Assembly: GCA_004431415.1 (NCBI GenBank)
Contig: QPMI01000186.1
Span: 62,001 to 126,000 of the forward strand
Direction of reading: 5' to 3'
DNA: 64,000 nt
Source: Cyanophora paradoxa CCMP329
Lineage: Eukaryota > Plantae > Glaucophyta
The position numbers were made by a program, and so were the translations under genes. Every line of letters begins with the position of its first letter. Position 1 is the stretch's first letter. The notes below the pieces were generated by a model. That model was not told where the DNA came from. It searched no databases and was given only the letters and a program-made list of their open reading frames with translations. This document shows positions 48,290 through 60,350 of the stretch, in pieces.

Positions 48290-49582
48290 ATGGCAGCGCG
48301 CACATCCCAGAGCGAGCCTGCGGGGGGCGAGAGCGCGTCCGCGGCCTGCGATGTCTGCCCCGTGTCTGCGAACGCCGCAGCCGCCGAACGCGCGTCCGCT
48401 CCCGTTGCACGCTTCATTAGATTGTCGAACGGAGCTCGCGCAGCGGAATTCTTCCCAAAGAGCGTACGATCTGCGCTCATCGGGGTGCGTACTTTACCGG
48501 CGCTATGCCGATCTAGCTGCTTCTTGACAGCTGACAGCTTCTTCTTCTTCTGATCATGCGCAGGTCGCTGGGGCGGGCGGAGGTCCGGGGCCGCTTTCGC
48601 TTGCGACGCCGCGCCGCGCCACCTGACCCGCGCTCACATGCGCAGGAATCTCTGGCCCGTGTGCTGTTTCATTCTGCGCTTCAGATAATTCGCATCAGAA
48701 TTCCGTCGCTAACGCGTGCCCGGAGCAGGGGCGGCCTCTATCACACGCTTGCAACCAGCCTTTTCCATCGCGGAGTTGGCAGCCTGCTCGTTGACTACCG
48801 AAAGCCCAACAATACACCGGAGTGCGTCCAGGACGTGTACGCCGGCATCGAGTACCTTCAGTCGAAAGGCGTGCGCAAGGTGCATATGCATACATGCGTT
48901 GGCGGCTGTTCCTCGACTTCTCGTTCTCAGGTAATCGTATGCGGCTGGTCCTTTGGGGGCGCCGTAGCGATAACTTCGGCCGCCGCACGCCCGGAAAGTG
49001 CGCCTTGAATCCGTGTTGCTTCTCATTGAAGTGGCGCTCACAAACTCGCAGTCGCCGGAGCCATCACGATCGCCTCGCAAACAGCGCACTGCGATGCCGT
49101 CTCCTCGATCAGTTCGCATCCCAGCGCCCAATCCGGATACAGCGCACCATCTCATGGCCACACAGAAAAACCCATCCTCTTCGTCCATGGTCAGCGCGAC
49201 ACGTGCCTTTCCTATCGCTGCTCAGTGGTGCGCCCGCGCTGCGGATTGAAGACCCACACCTCAGGCTCACATTCCTCTTTCTTGCAGTCCCTGCACGATC
49301 GGGCCCCGGGGCCGAAGGTCGGCCCCGTGCCAGGCCGCCCCTGCAAGCCGCCCCGGTCCGATGACTGCCCCTAACTTCATGGCAGGAGCTGCTGCTGTTG
49401 GAGGGGGACGGCCACTGCATCGAGCGCAGCGGCGGCGTCGTGCGCGACCGCATCGTCGACTTCGTGACGAAGGTCCGCCTGGGGTCCGGCGCCCGCGGTC
49501 CGTGGTGCATATGTGCTTGCAAAAGTTTGACCGAAGGCGCGCATCGCGCGCGCAGACTGTACAGGCACTTCCGGAGGCGTAG
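48290..49582 (+). CDS. Alpha/beta hydrolase (dienelactone hydrolase-like)
   Basis: LYHTLATSLFHRGVGSLLVDYRKPNNTPECVQDV; VCGWSFGGAVAI (GxSxG); PILFVHGQRDT (Asp); LEGDGHC (His). Confidence 0.82.
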
Positions 49583-50410
49583 AGAGCTCGAGGCCGCCCA
49601 ATACAGGACAATACAGGCAGCAGAAGTCGACTAGAGCTAAAATGCAGATAACACGGGCAGCCAGCTAGCTAGCTGCGGTCGGCGGCCGCGGTCGTACGCG
49701 TGTAGCAAGCTTGAGCTAGTTGCAAATTTGCCGCCGTGCGCACACTACCCCCGTTGTGTTGCAAACTTGTACTCAAGCTCGCAATCTCGAGATCCGGCGC
49801 CGACCTGATCCTCAGCGTGACTAGCGGAGATCTACACGGCCTCCAGCTGGGCGGGCCCTTCATGATCATCCAGCTGATAGCTTGCTGTAGAGCACGCTAG
49901 AAGATGTCGCTACATGGCCGCTGCTGCTGCTGCCAAGCCAGCTGAGACCCTCTAGGAGCGCTAGGTAGCGCCGAGTCGCCGACGCGATCTACAGCTGACG
50001 TTTTCGTTTCTGTCGTCAACATCGGCAGTGTCGTACATGTGCTAAAGCATCGTCGGACCGACAATATCGCTGCACCCAGTGGATCATTGTGCTGCGCTGG
50101 AAAGGTCTAGGCGTGTACAGCGTCTCCCGCACCACCTTGGCCCCATCATCATTCCGCCGAGCAAGTCATCGAAGTCATCATCGCGCTGGCTAGGCCATTG
50201 AGGAAGGCACAACTTGGTGCCAGTCAGGAAGCAGCAGCCGAACTTCAGCTGCAGCTCGGGGGTGACCCGAGCAACTTGCATCCGCTTCATGCCGACGGAT
50301 CTCTGTTGGGATGGCTTGCAGCCAGGAGCTCTTCGGTCGGCGGCTTTCTACCGGGGTGGCCGTGAGCCTTTGTTGTTCCCGCGTCGTCCCTCGGCTCCCC
50401 CACTGATCCC

Positions 50411-51559
50411 TTGGCTCCCCCAGGCTGCGGACTCGCCTACGACAGTCCTGAAAGCCGTAAGACCGCATCGCCCGCCGACCAGTGTCATTTCTTGTGCGAT
50501 GACGAGGACGTCGACGCAATGCCGTCCGCGGCGCCCTCCTCCCTGAGCTCGGAAGACGGCGAGACCAGCACCGCGGACGCCGCCCCGTGCGCGGAGCCGC
50601 AGCCGGCGGACGGAGAGACGGGCGCCGCCGCCGACGTCCAGAGCCGGGAGCAGGAGCCGCTTGTCGTGCAGCGGGACTCTTTGCCAGCACCGCGTTCCTC
50701 GTGTATCCTCGCCGGCGCTCTGGACTCGCCCTTGCCGGCGGGCATGCGCCGGGGGCGGCGGAGGAGCCTCCCCAACATCGGCGACGTTCCGATCATCAAG
50801 CCGCTCACCTCCTCGCGCCCCTCGTCGCCGTCGCCGCCGCCGGACGCGCGCCTCTCGGGCCCCGCGGGCACCCGCCACGTCCCCCTGCCCTCCAGCGCCG
50901 GGGCCGGGGCCGCCAATCCGGCCCTCTGCGAGTGCAGCTTCCGCATCCTCGTCGGTGCGGCGGGCGCCCCCCCGCCGCGCCTCTCCCTCGTCTGAGCCCT
51001 CTTCCTCGCGCAGCGGACGACCACCAGATGAACCGGATGCTGGCGTCGCGCGTGTTCGCGCGCTACTGCCCCCTCTCCGCCGTGGACGTCATGTCCGACG
51101 GGCAGTCCGCCCTCGACGCCTTCCTCCGCGCCGCCGCCGACCGCCCCTACGACGCCCTCATCCTCGACATTGAGTCCGCCCTCTCTCACACATTCACGCC
51201 CCGCCGCCTCTGACGCGGGGCCTCGCAGGATGCCGCTGCTGGACGGCCTGGGGTCGGCGCGGGCGATGCGGGGGGCGGAGAGGCAGATGCGGGGGCGGCG
51301 GGCGCGGCTGCTGGCGTGGAGCACGACGGTGGGGGACGTGGAGGGCCAGCGGGAGGCGTGCGACGAGGCCGGCTTCGACGCCTCGCTCCCGAAGCCGTGC
51401 CCCCCGCACGCCCTCCTCAACGCCGCCCTCGCCGACCTGCCGCACGGCCCCTGCTGCTCCTACCGGCGCCGCAGCTCCGGCCCCAGTCCCGCCCTCGACT
51501 CCGACGCCCTCGCCTCCGCCCTCGCCGCCGCCGCCTCCCTCTCCGAGCCCCGCCCCTGA
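50411..51559 (+). CDS. Response-regulator receiver (REC) protein; N-terminus probably extends upstream
   Basis: FRILVADDHQMNRMLA..DGQSAL..YDALILDIEMPLLDGLGSARAMR..LLAWST..CDEAGFDASLPKP; acidic pair, phospho-Asp, Ser/Thr and Lys are all present. Confidence 0.82.
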
Positions 51560-52145
51560 CCCAGCGCCGCGCCCCCCGCCCGGCCCAAACCTCCTGTAAG
51601 TGTGTAGTACCTGCATCGTCCCCTCATTTTCTACTACGTGCAGCTTCCCCACCCGCTGATTTTCTCGACACTTTTCAAATTTCAAGCGCGTGGGAATGCT
51701 TTGAATCTTTCCTATACCGTAGGCAGCCTGACTGCGAGTGACCGTAGAGATAGGCGTGCGTTTCTTGGGCTGAGTCGGAAGCTAGCTGTAGGCGGACCCC
51801 TCAGGTTGCATCTGCGGCAATGTCTGCTGCAGAGTTTTGGCATATGAGCAGTGTTTCGATCTCGTTTCTTGGTGTACATGTATTGGCAGCATCGTCTGAC
51901 GTGTATAGTCTGTAGATCTAGATTTAGAAGATGCGCTTGTGAGCCATCACCGAGTTACTACTTCTACAGTCAAAGCGTTGAATCGTTGAATATGAGGCAC
52001 GTTGTCGACAGAAACCCGCGTCGATCACCTGCGCATCATGCATGTCCGGCTGCACAAGCTTAGGCGTTGCGTCGACGTCGTACAATATTCCTTGCAGGGG
52101 AACAACGTCGACTAGACTATAGATAGCCAGTAGTGACATGGGAGG

Positions 52146-53528
52146 CTAAACAGGCGAATCGCGATCGGGCGCGGCCGCGGCCGGCTGCGGCTGCGGGTGC
52201 GGGTGCGGCTGGAGCGGGCCGGGGCCGGGGCCGGGGCCGGGGCGGGGCGCCTTGGCGAGGGCGGCCTCCTCCTGGAACTCCTCGTGCGCCATGATGTGCC
52301 ACCCGTCGTCCTCCACGTCCTGCACCCCGCTGAGGCGCCGGCGCCAGGGGAGGAGGGCGGGCGCCGCGCACCGAGAAATCGGCCTCCTCGGCCTCTCTCG
52401 TCGCTCCGCTGTACCGGGGGCCCTGCCGCGCCCTCGGGGGTCGGGCGGACAGGACGGGCACGGGGAGGGGCGGCGGGGCGCACGACGGGGCGCGGGGCGA
52501 GGCCCTCGGGCTCGCCGAAGTGGGACCGGTTCGAGTCGCAGCGGAGCCCGGGGAGCTCGTCCATCTCCTTCCCGCTCTGCAGCGCGGGCCTCAGCGCGCG
52601 CCGCACCGAGGGAGAGGGATGGACGAGGGGGCGAGCCCGGGAGCAGAGGAGGAGGTTAAATCTGGCCTTCCACATCTCGTTGCGCTCAACGTGCCCGTGC
52701 GCCGGCTTGAAGACGAGGATCGCCCGCTCGCAGTCGTGCACCCGGTTGTCCCGAATCTGCGCCGCCGCAGTGAGGCGGGCGAGGCAGGGGGGAAAGCCTG
52801 CGGCGCACGTCGATGTGGCAGTCGACACTGTCGCCGCAGCGAATCCCACTCCGGCACGTCGAGATTTCGCAGCCGACGACCTTGAGGGAGCTGCTCTGGC
52901 CCTTGAAGATGACCGCGTCGCGCCGCCCGGAGCCCAGGAGGTGGCAGCGCGCCAGCGAGAGCCGGCTCGCATCGCAGTTGCTGAACCCCAGGACGCCCCA
53001 GTGGCCCTTCCCGTCGATCTTGCAGTCCCGTATGCTCCAGTGGCAGTGCTTGCCGTGAAAGCTGCGGGGCGCCGTCAGCGGCGGCGGCGGGGCGGCGGCG
53101 TGGGGGCAAGGCGCCGGCTCGCCTTACGTTCCCCTCGATGGTGAGGTCCCGCAGCGAGGCCTAGCTAAGGGTTAGCAGAGCGGGGGGAAGCTTAAGGGGG
53201 CGGGGGGAGGAGCGGCCCGCGCCTTTCCGTGGTCGCCGTTGATCACCATGACCTCCAGTGAAAGCGGCCTTGGACTCCTGAGTACGGCGCAGCCTTCGCC
53301 CCGGATGCAGACCTCCCGCCCGCCGATTTCAAGGTCGATCCAGTGGGACGCCGTGTAGATGCCCTCCCGCACCGTCATCTTAATGCGCTTCGCGCCGGCC
53401 GCGAGGGCCGCTCGGTATGCCGCCTCGATCCCCCGAAACGTCCCCGGCCCACGCTTGGCTACGATAACATCTGCCGAGCCTTCGCTGTCGACGCGCACGG
53501 CCTCGGCAGCGGAGGAGCCCGCGCCCAT
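52146..53528 (-). CDS. Right-handed parallel beta-helix (CASH/pectin-lyase-like) protein with N-myristoylation motif
   Basis: MGAGSS; GTFRGIEAAYRAA..MTVREGIY; LRDLTIEG; IDGKGHWGVL; IRDNRVHDCERAILV..GHVERNEMW. Confidence 0.7.
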
Positions 53529-53834
53529 CAGCCAGCTCGCGGATTGCGATCCTCTCTGATGAACGTAGCGCCTAGGGCCTGCGCGTGCTCGAGCTCGCGG
53601 CTGGCGACCGCCGCGGTTGAGGCTGGTGCTGGCAGGCGGGTATCGCTTGCGCAACCGGTGACCGTGCTCTGTAACGATCGGACGCTGTTCAGCGCCTGCC
53701 TGCGCGGCCGATGACGGGTGCGCTGCTGGAGTACAGGCTACTTTGGACTCTCTCGAGTCGCGACTCTACGCCGGCCTTGCGGACTGAGAGGGGTAGAGCC
53801 TCGTTTGTGCCTTCAAATTCGGCTACGCCTAGCG

Positions 53835-55950
53835 CTACTCCGCAGGAAGCTGTGCCTCGTAGAGGGCGGGCGGGCTGGCGCGCGAGAGCGCCTTGCTGTA
53901 CTCCTGTTGCATGAAGGGCGTGGAGTAAGACGCGCGGATCTGCTCGTGCGCAAAAAGCGGCGCCCTCGGACCTTGAGGAACGGGGAGAGGGCGTGCTCGA
54001 TGGGGGGCCGGAAGGGCGCGGCGGCCTGGGCGCCGCCCCGAAGGTAGGCCTCCTTGCCGGGGATGACGTGCCCGTGCCAGAAGTCGTCCAGCAGGGCCTG
54101 CCGGCCCTCAGAAAAGGGCACGTCTCTTGCCAGGCTGGCGCGCACGAAGCAGGCGGCCCAGTAGGCCCGGTCCCGGGGTACGCGGTAGAGGGCGAGGCCC
54201 CGGGGGGTCCAGCACACGACGTCGCACCTGCCGCCGGTGAGCGAAGAAGGGGCGCTCCAGGTCCGCCGAGGGGGGCGGGCGGGGGGGCACCAGCTCCGCT
54301 GTGCGACCTCCATGACGCCCTGGACCTGCGCGGGGCGGGCTCGGCCCCCGCGAAAGCACATGAAAGACGCCGCCGACGCGGCCGCGCACCTGGGCCATGT
54401 AGTAGATGGGGACCTCGGGGTAGGGCTTGCCCTCCTCGGGGCGCCCCCGGTTGAACGGGCACTTGATCTCCACGGAGCCCTCCTCGCCTACCAGGCCGTC
54501 CGGCGACGCCCCGATCCAGCTGTACCTGCTCGCACAGAGTGAGAGGGGCGTGGGGGAAGAGTGCCGTGAGGAGGGGGCGCGCCTGGCGTCGTTGGGGCGG
54601 TAGAGGGCGAAGGAGACCTTTTGGAGGGGCCGCCCCGTGATCTGCTCGTACGCGGCGGCCGCCGCCGCCTCGTGCGCCTCGCCCCACCGCATCGCCTCGT
54701 TGCTCTCGAAGGGCGCGCCCAGCCCCACCTGCGCGCAAAGCTCTGAGACGGGGGCCCCGCGCGCGCGCGCGCCGGGGCCGGGGCCGGCGGGCGGGCCTTC
54801 TGCTCCCAGAGGTCGAGGCGGCTCCTGTCGAAGAAGCCGATGGCCGAGCCGAAGCTGCTCGCCGTCAGCCGCCCCGCCCGCAGCGTGAACCACTCCGCCG
54901 TCCGCTGCTCCCCCTGCGCCCCCGCTTCGCCAAACGGGGGCGGGGCAGGCGGCACGCGGGCGGCTTGCCTCGGTGACGAGCATGGGGGCGTGCTGCGCCG
55001 TCCGCTCCGCCTCGAGCGCGACCTCGCGAAGGCGCTCCAGCGACGGGCTGCGTGCGGCCTCTCTCGGGCGGCCTCCGGGCGGGCCGGAGGGGGGCAGCGC
55101 ACCACTCCAGGTCGATGAGGTACCCCCGCGCCCGCCACGCGTCGGCCGCCTCGTCGACCAGCGCCGTGACGGCCTCCGCCGCTTCGTCCATCTCCTTCCG
55201 CAGGCTCTTCACGCTCGCGCGGGCCTCGGGCTCCGCCGGCGCGGGGGCCGCGGCCGGCGCAGGCGTCACGGCCTCCGGCGTACCCTTCAGGTGCCTGGGC
55301 AGGCTCTCCACGAGCTGCAGGGCAGCCTCTACCGCCGCCTGCCGCGCCCCGTTCTCGAGCTCGCCGTACCTGCGACAGCCCGCGTCCGGCAGGCAGTCAG
55401 GCGGGGCTGAATGCGTGCAGCGGGCGGCGCAGGGCACCGCGCGAACTGCTCCGCGAGGCGCATGGCGTCCCCCGCCGCCTTCGCGTCCAGCAGCGCTGCC
55501 TTCGTCCGCAGCTGCGATGCGTCAGCGGTGGGCGCCTGGCGTGCTAAGCGCCGCACCGAGGAGAGAGACAGCCTGGCGTGCTCGGCGAAGACGCGCTTGG
55601 TCCCCTTCACATTGCCGAAGCCGCGTTGCGCCTGCGGCGGTGTCAGAGCGGTTAAACTCGCGACGGCGGGGGCGTGCCTCGTAGCGCAGCGAGCGGGCGA
55701 GGTTGTCCGCGTCGAACTCGACCGCCTCCGCGCGGGCGGCTGCGGGGCGCTGCGGTGGGGCGGGAAGCGCTTCTCTCGGCGGGGGCATCGGCTGCAGAGA
55801 GGGAATCGTGCTGCCGGCAGGATCAGGCGCTTCGAATGCCGGACGCACGCGCGGCGCACCCCACGAGACGCCTGCCAAGGCGTACGTGCGTGATCATCGG
55901 GCGGAGGAAGCAGCAGTGGGGGAAGAAGCAGCGACGCCTCCTTTCCATCG
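53835..55950 (-). CDS. YqaJ-like (lambda-exonuclease / PD-(D/E)XK) domain protein; 5' end uncertain
   Basis: EQRTAEWFTLRAGRLTASSFGSAIG; AMRWGEAHEAAA; WIGASPDGLVG..VEIKCPFN; YYMAQVQGVMEV..CDVVCWTP. Confidence 0.88.
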
Positions 55951-56039
55951 TTCGAGCTCGAACGACTGTACCCAGCCAAACTGCAAATTCGTTTGGCGTC
56001 CACCTGAGGGGTCTTGGCGCAGCAGCACCAACACCTGTG

Positions 56040-58189
56040 ATGCCGGCGCAGAGCAGCTCCGGCCCGCGGGCCGGCCGCCAGTCGAGGAGCAACAGCTCGG
56101 TCACAGGGGCCACCGCAACGCTTGTAGCGGCGCCAACTGCATCAGAGATAGAGGAGTTTGGGTCATATATTGGCGCGCCTTGCAGCCCACGCCGCGCTTG
56201 TGAGCTCCTTTTGACCCGCAGGCGGCGGCGCAGGCGTCGACCCCGAGCGCGAGAAGCACCTGCTTTGGATCTGTGTGGCCTCCTACTACGCTCCCCTGCC
56301 GCGTGCGTGGCGCCGGCGGCGCACGGCTCCGGTGCCGCAGCGCTCCCGTCTTAGCTGCGGCGCAGCGGGCTGGGAGGAGCACGTGGACGAGGGCGGGGAG
56401 GGCTTCTACTACAACGTGGCGACGGACACAAGCCAGAGGGAGCACCCGCTTGACGAGTACTTCAGGAGCCTCTACAGGCGGGAGCGCGACTTCTACGCCA
56501 GCGGCCGCAGCGACGACCCCTCCGACCCCACGTGCCCACCACCCCCGCCCCCGCAGCGCCCCGTGCGGCCGCCCCTGAGCGCGCCGTGTCCCAGCGAGGT
56601 CCTCGTGGAGGCGCCGGTGGGCGGGTCGACCATCGTGCGGCGGACGTGCACCCCCGACGAGGTGCGCGCCCCGCCGCCCCGCGGTCGCCTGCTTTTCGAT
56701 CGGGGCGGATCCCAGGTGCGGAGAATCGCGCGCTCGTGGGGGGTGGACACGGCGGCGGAGGTTCAGCTGCTTCGGATCGCCCGCGCCGCGGCGGACGACC
56801 TCCCCCCGGGCTGGCAGCACGTCGTGGACGCGGGGGGCGTGGCGGGGTACAGGCACCGCCGCACGGGCGTCGTCATGCGGCAGCACCCGCGCCTCGTCGA
56901 GTACTTCCGCGCCGTGCGCTGTACCCCCCTTCCCCCCGCCCCCCTCCTCAAGCCTTTGTCGGCCCTCAGATCGAGGCGGCGCGGGCGGGCGGCGCGCTGC
57001 GGGCGGACCTGGCGCCCGAGACATACGCGTGCTGCGTCCTGAACCCCGCGGACCCCTCCAAGGGCGAGCCGCCTTCATCCCGTGCCCGCCCGCCCCGCGG
57101 CCGCTTACGCGGGGCCGCAGTGGACGAGATGTGGCTCCACTTCAGGGACGCGGAGGGGGCCCAGTACTACTTCGACTTCGTCTCGGGGGGCCGCTCCTCG
57201 CAGGACCCCCGCAACCGATTCACCGTGCCCGCCCCCCTCCTCCCGCCCCCGCCGCCCTCCTCGCGCCCGACGCCGCCCCCGCCCGCAGTGGCCGTCGGCC
57301 CCGCCGGCAAGCCGGGGCGCGGCCCTCGAGACCGGGGCGGGGCCGGGACCGGGACCGGGGGCGGGGGCGGGGGCGGGGCGGACGGGGAGGAGGCGGGGCG
57401 GGAGGCGGCGGAGGCGGGGCGGTGCGGGCGCTGGACCAGAAGGCGGCGATCGGGAGCGCGCTGGGCCCGGTGGGGCCCTCGCTGGAGGCCCAGGTGGAGG
57501 CGCGGCGGGAGGAGGCGCGGAGGAACGCGGAGGCCGTCGTCGCCGAGCGCCAGCGCGTCGCCACCGAGCACCTGTCCGCCCCCGCCCCCCGCGCCCCCGC
57601 CCGCCCCGCCTCGAGCCGGGGCCGGGGCGCAGGAAGGAGGAGCGGGAGCGGCTCGAGTCGATCGAGTCGCTGAGCGAGAAGGAGCGGCAGGCCCTCGCCG
57701 CCATCGAGGCCAAGCTCGAGGCGAGCGCGCCGGGCCGCCCCGGCGGGCGCCCCCTCGGCCTGACGAGGCCTTTCCTCGGCTCGGGCAGGGCGGGCTGGCG
57801 GCGCTGGAGGTGGAGCTGGCGGCGGGGGTGGAGCGGAGGAAGCTGGAGCTGGAGCAGCAGCTGCGCCGCCACGAGGCCGAGGTCGACGCCTCCATCGCCC
57901 GCATCCGCGACGAGCGCGTCCCCCGCGCTCGCGCCTCCCTCCCCCGCCCTCCCCCTCACCCGCCCCGCAGGTTCGCCTCCCGCCTCTCCAAGCAGGTCTT
58001 CGAGTTCGAGTGCCTCCTCGCCGGTCAGTCGCCGCGATTCTGCGCCGCCTGCTCTGTCGGCGCGGTTGATCGACGCGGTGCGCCGCAGGCATCACGAACG
58101 GGCCCGGCTCTGCCGTGGCGTTCGGGCCTGGGACGGGCCCGCCGCCCACTCTCCCGCCTCCCCCCGACCTCTCGAGCATCAAGTTGTGA
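56040..58189 (+). CDS. WW-domain protein with tandem CEP164 N-terminal-like modules and a C-terminal coiled coil
   Basis: PTASEIEEFGSYIGVDPEREKHLLWI..APLPPGWEEHVDEGGEGFYYNVATDTSQREHPLDEYFRSLY; second module TPDEVRRIARSWGVD..LPPGW..HP; third WW-like WLHFRDAEGAQYYFDFVSG. Confidence 0.78.
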
Positions 58190-58375
58190 GCTTCGAGGCT
58201 GTACAGCGATTTGGATATCTAATAGAGGACATCGACGGCCGCGGCCGTGCGGCCCTGCGGAGGGTTCAGGTCTGTTAGGGGCGGAAGAGGGGGGTACCTT
58301 AGTCAGAGGGTTGACTGGACTTCAAGGCCGGCTTGCCCAGGAGCACCGCAGCGAGCGGCGCCTGAGCGGATCTAG

Positions 58376-60098
58376 ATGTCGAATCCAATTGTGGTGCGCA
58401 TGCGCGCCGGCGCGGCTCGGTTCGCCTCTCAAGTGCTGATGCGCCTCGCAGTGGTACCGCCACCTGAAGAATGCGAAGCTCACGAAGGCTGACGTCGGGC
58501 TGGACGGCGTAGAGGACTGGAAGGTGCGGCCGCCGAAGCTTGCGCGCGCGCTTGCTGATCTCTCCCAGCTCTGGCTCGGCGCCGCCACCGCCGCGGGAGT
58601 CACGATCGGTGCGGCCTACGGCAGCTTCGCGGCTCTGAGGGGCCTGTTCCGGTTGCTCAGTCGGCGCGGCACTGTCGTCGGCGAGGTCACGGAACTGCAT
58701 TGTACGCGCCCTCGAAGCCGCGCCGGCTTGGCTCGCAGCCCGCCGACGCGCGCGCAGGCTACCCTATCAAGAGCTGCGCGGGCCTCCCGATGAGGGAGGC
58801 CGTGCTAGGCCCGCGCGGCTTTCTGAACGACCGGTTGTACATGTGGGTTGACCACGTGCGCGGGCACCGCTCTGGCATGGCGCCTCGCGCGCGCTGAGGC
58901 GGCGCCGCCGCGCAGGCCGGCTCGTTCATCACGGCCCGGACGTTCCCGGCGCTCACGCTGGTCGGGGTGATCGTCTTCCCGCGGCCGGGCGGGGGCGAGG
59001 AGATCGAGCTCTCCGTCCCGTCGCTCAGCGAGCAGGGCGGCCCGAAGACGATCCGCGTCCCCGTCGTCGAGCGCGGGCCCACGACGAGCGTCCGCGTGTG
59101 GAAGGACCTGTGCGAGGCCGGTGCGCCCCGCCCCGCCCGCTTCCCCCGCCCCCGCTGAGCCCCCCTCAGTCGACCAGGGCGACGCCGCCGCGCGCTGGAT
59201 CCAGGTGCCCCGCCCCTGCCCCGCCCCGCCGCCCGCCGGGGCTGGCTGAGCGCGGCGCGGCAGTCCTTCCTGAAGGTGCCGGGCCTGCGGCTGGTGCGCA
59301 TGGCGGAGGGCCACGTGCGCCCCGTCGACAAGGAGCGCAAGCACCTCGCCGCGCCCCCCGGCGCCATCTACCAGGTCGCCCCTTCCCCCTCCCCGCTCCC
59401 CCCCGCTTCTGAGCGGGGCGGCAGACGGGCTTCAGCGACGCGTACCCCGTGCTGCTGGCGGCGGAGGAGAGCCTGGCGAGCCTGAACGCGCGGCTGCCGA
59501 AGCCGGTGCCGATGAACCGCTTCCGCCCGAACATCGTCGTCCGTGGCTCGCGGGCCTTCGCCGAGGACCGCTGGCGCCGCATCCGCATCGGCGGCACCGA
59601 GTTCCAGGTGCCCATCGCCCGCCCCGCGACGCGCCGGGCCCGGGGCGGCGGCGGCTCTCCCCTCGAAGCCCGCCCGTCTGAGCTTGCGCCCCGGCGCAGG
59701 TCTCGAAGCCATGCGACCGGTGCAAGATGACGACGGTGGACCAGGTGCGCCGCGCCTCGTCTCTTCGGTTTGGTAGTCTAGCCGCGCCGCCCTGGGCGGG
59801 GGCGCGCCCCGGGCCGCGGGGGCGCTCTGCCGGCGGCCTCACGGGGGGCGGGGCGGGGCGGCAGGAGCGGGGCGTCTTCGACGGGGAGCAGCCCCTCAAG
59901 GAGCTCGCCGCCTTCCGCAAGGTGCTGCACCCCTCCTCCTCCTCCCCCACCCCTCCCTCCAGGTGTTCGAACGCCTACCCCCCGGCCCCGCAGCTGGACC
60001 CGTCGACGCCGGATAAGGTCTACTTCGCGATGAACCTGGTGCACGAGCGGGCCGGCGGGCGCATCCGCGTCGGCGACAAAGTCGTCCTCCTCGAGTAG
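58376..60098 (+). CDS. MOSC-domain protein (mARC-like, MOSC_N + MOSC)
   Basis: TM segment, then VTELHCYPIKSCAG; NDRLYMWVD; GFSDAYPVLL; MNRFRPNIVVRG..FAEDRW; KPCDRCKMTTVDQ; YFAMNL..IRVGDKV. Confidence 0.9.
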
Positions 60099-60350
60099 TC
60101 CTGTCAGCCGCACGGCCCCTTGTAGTAGTTTACGCGCGGCGTAGATGTAATAGTGCATTGCAATTGCGTCTTTTGCGTGTCGATATAGTCCAATTTCCGT
60201 TCTGCTGCCCCTCGAGCTCCACCGCCTGCTGCGGCTGGCGGTCAAGACCCTCGGCCCTCCCACCTCCGCCCCGCGGGCGCCAGCTCTTCATGATAATGCC
60301 CGGCATACGTTACGAGGCGCGCGGGGCGGCTGCTGGCTAGGGGCTACAGG

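Noticed and set aside
51560-52110. Short ORFs in an AT-richer stretch
   Set aside because: No coding bias or recognisable motifs; consistent with convergent 3' UTRs.
53835-55950. Endogenous virus or prophage around YqaJ
   Set aside because: Host-like introns and composition, and no flanking viral genes.
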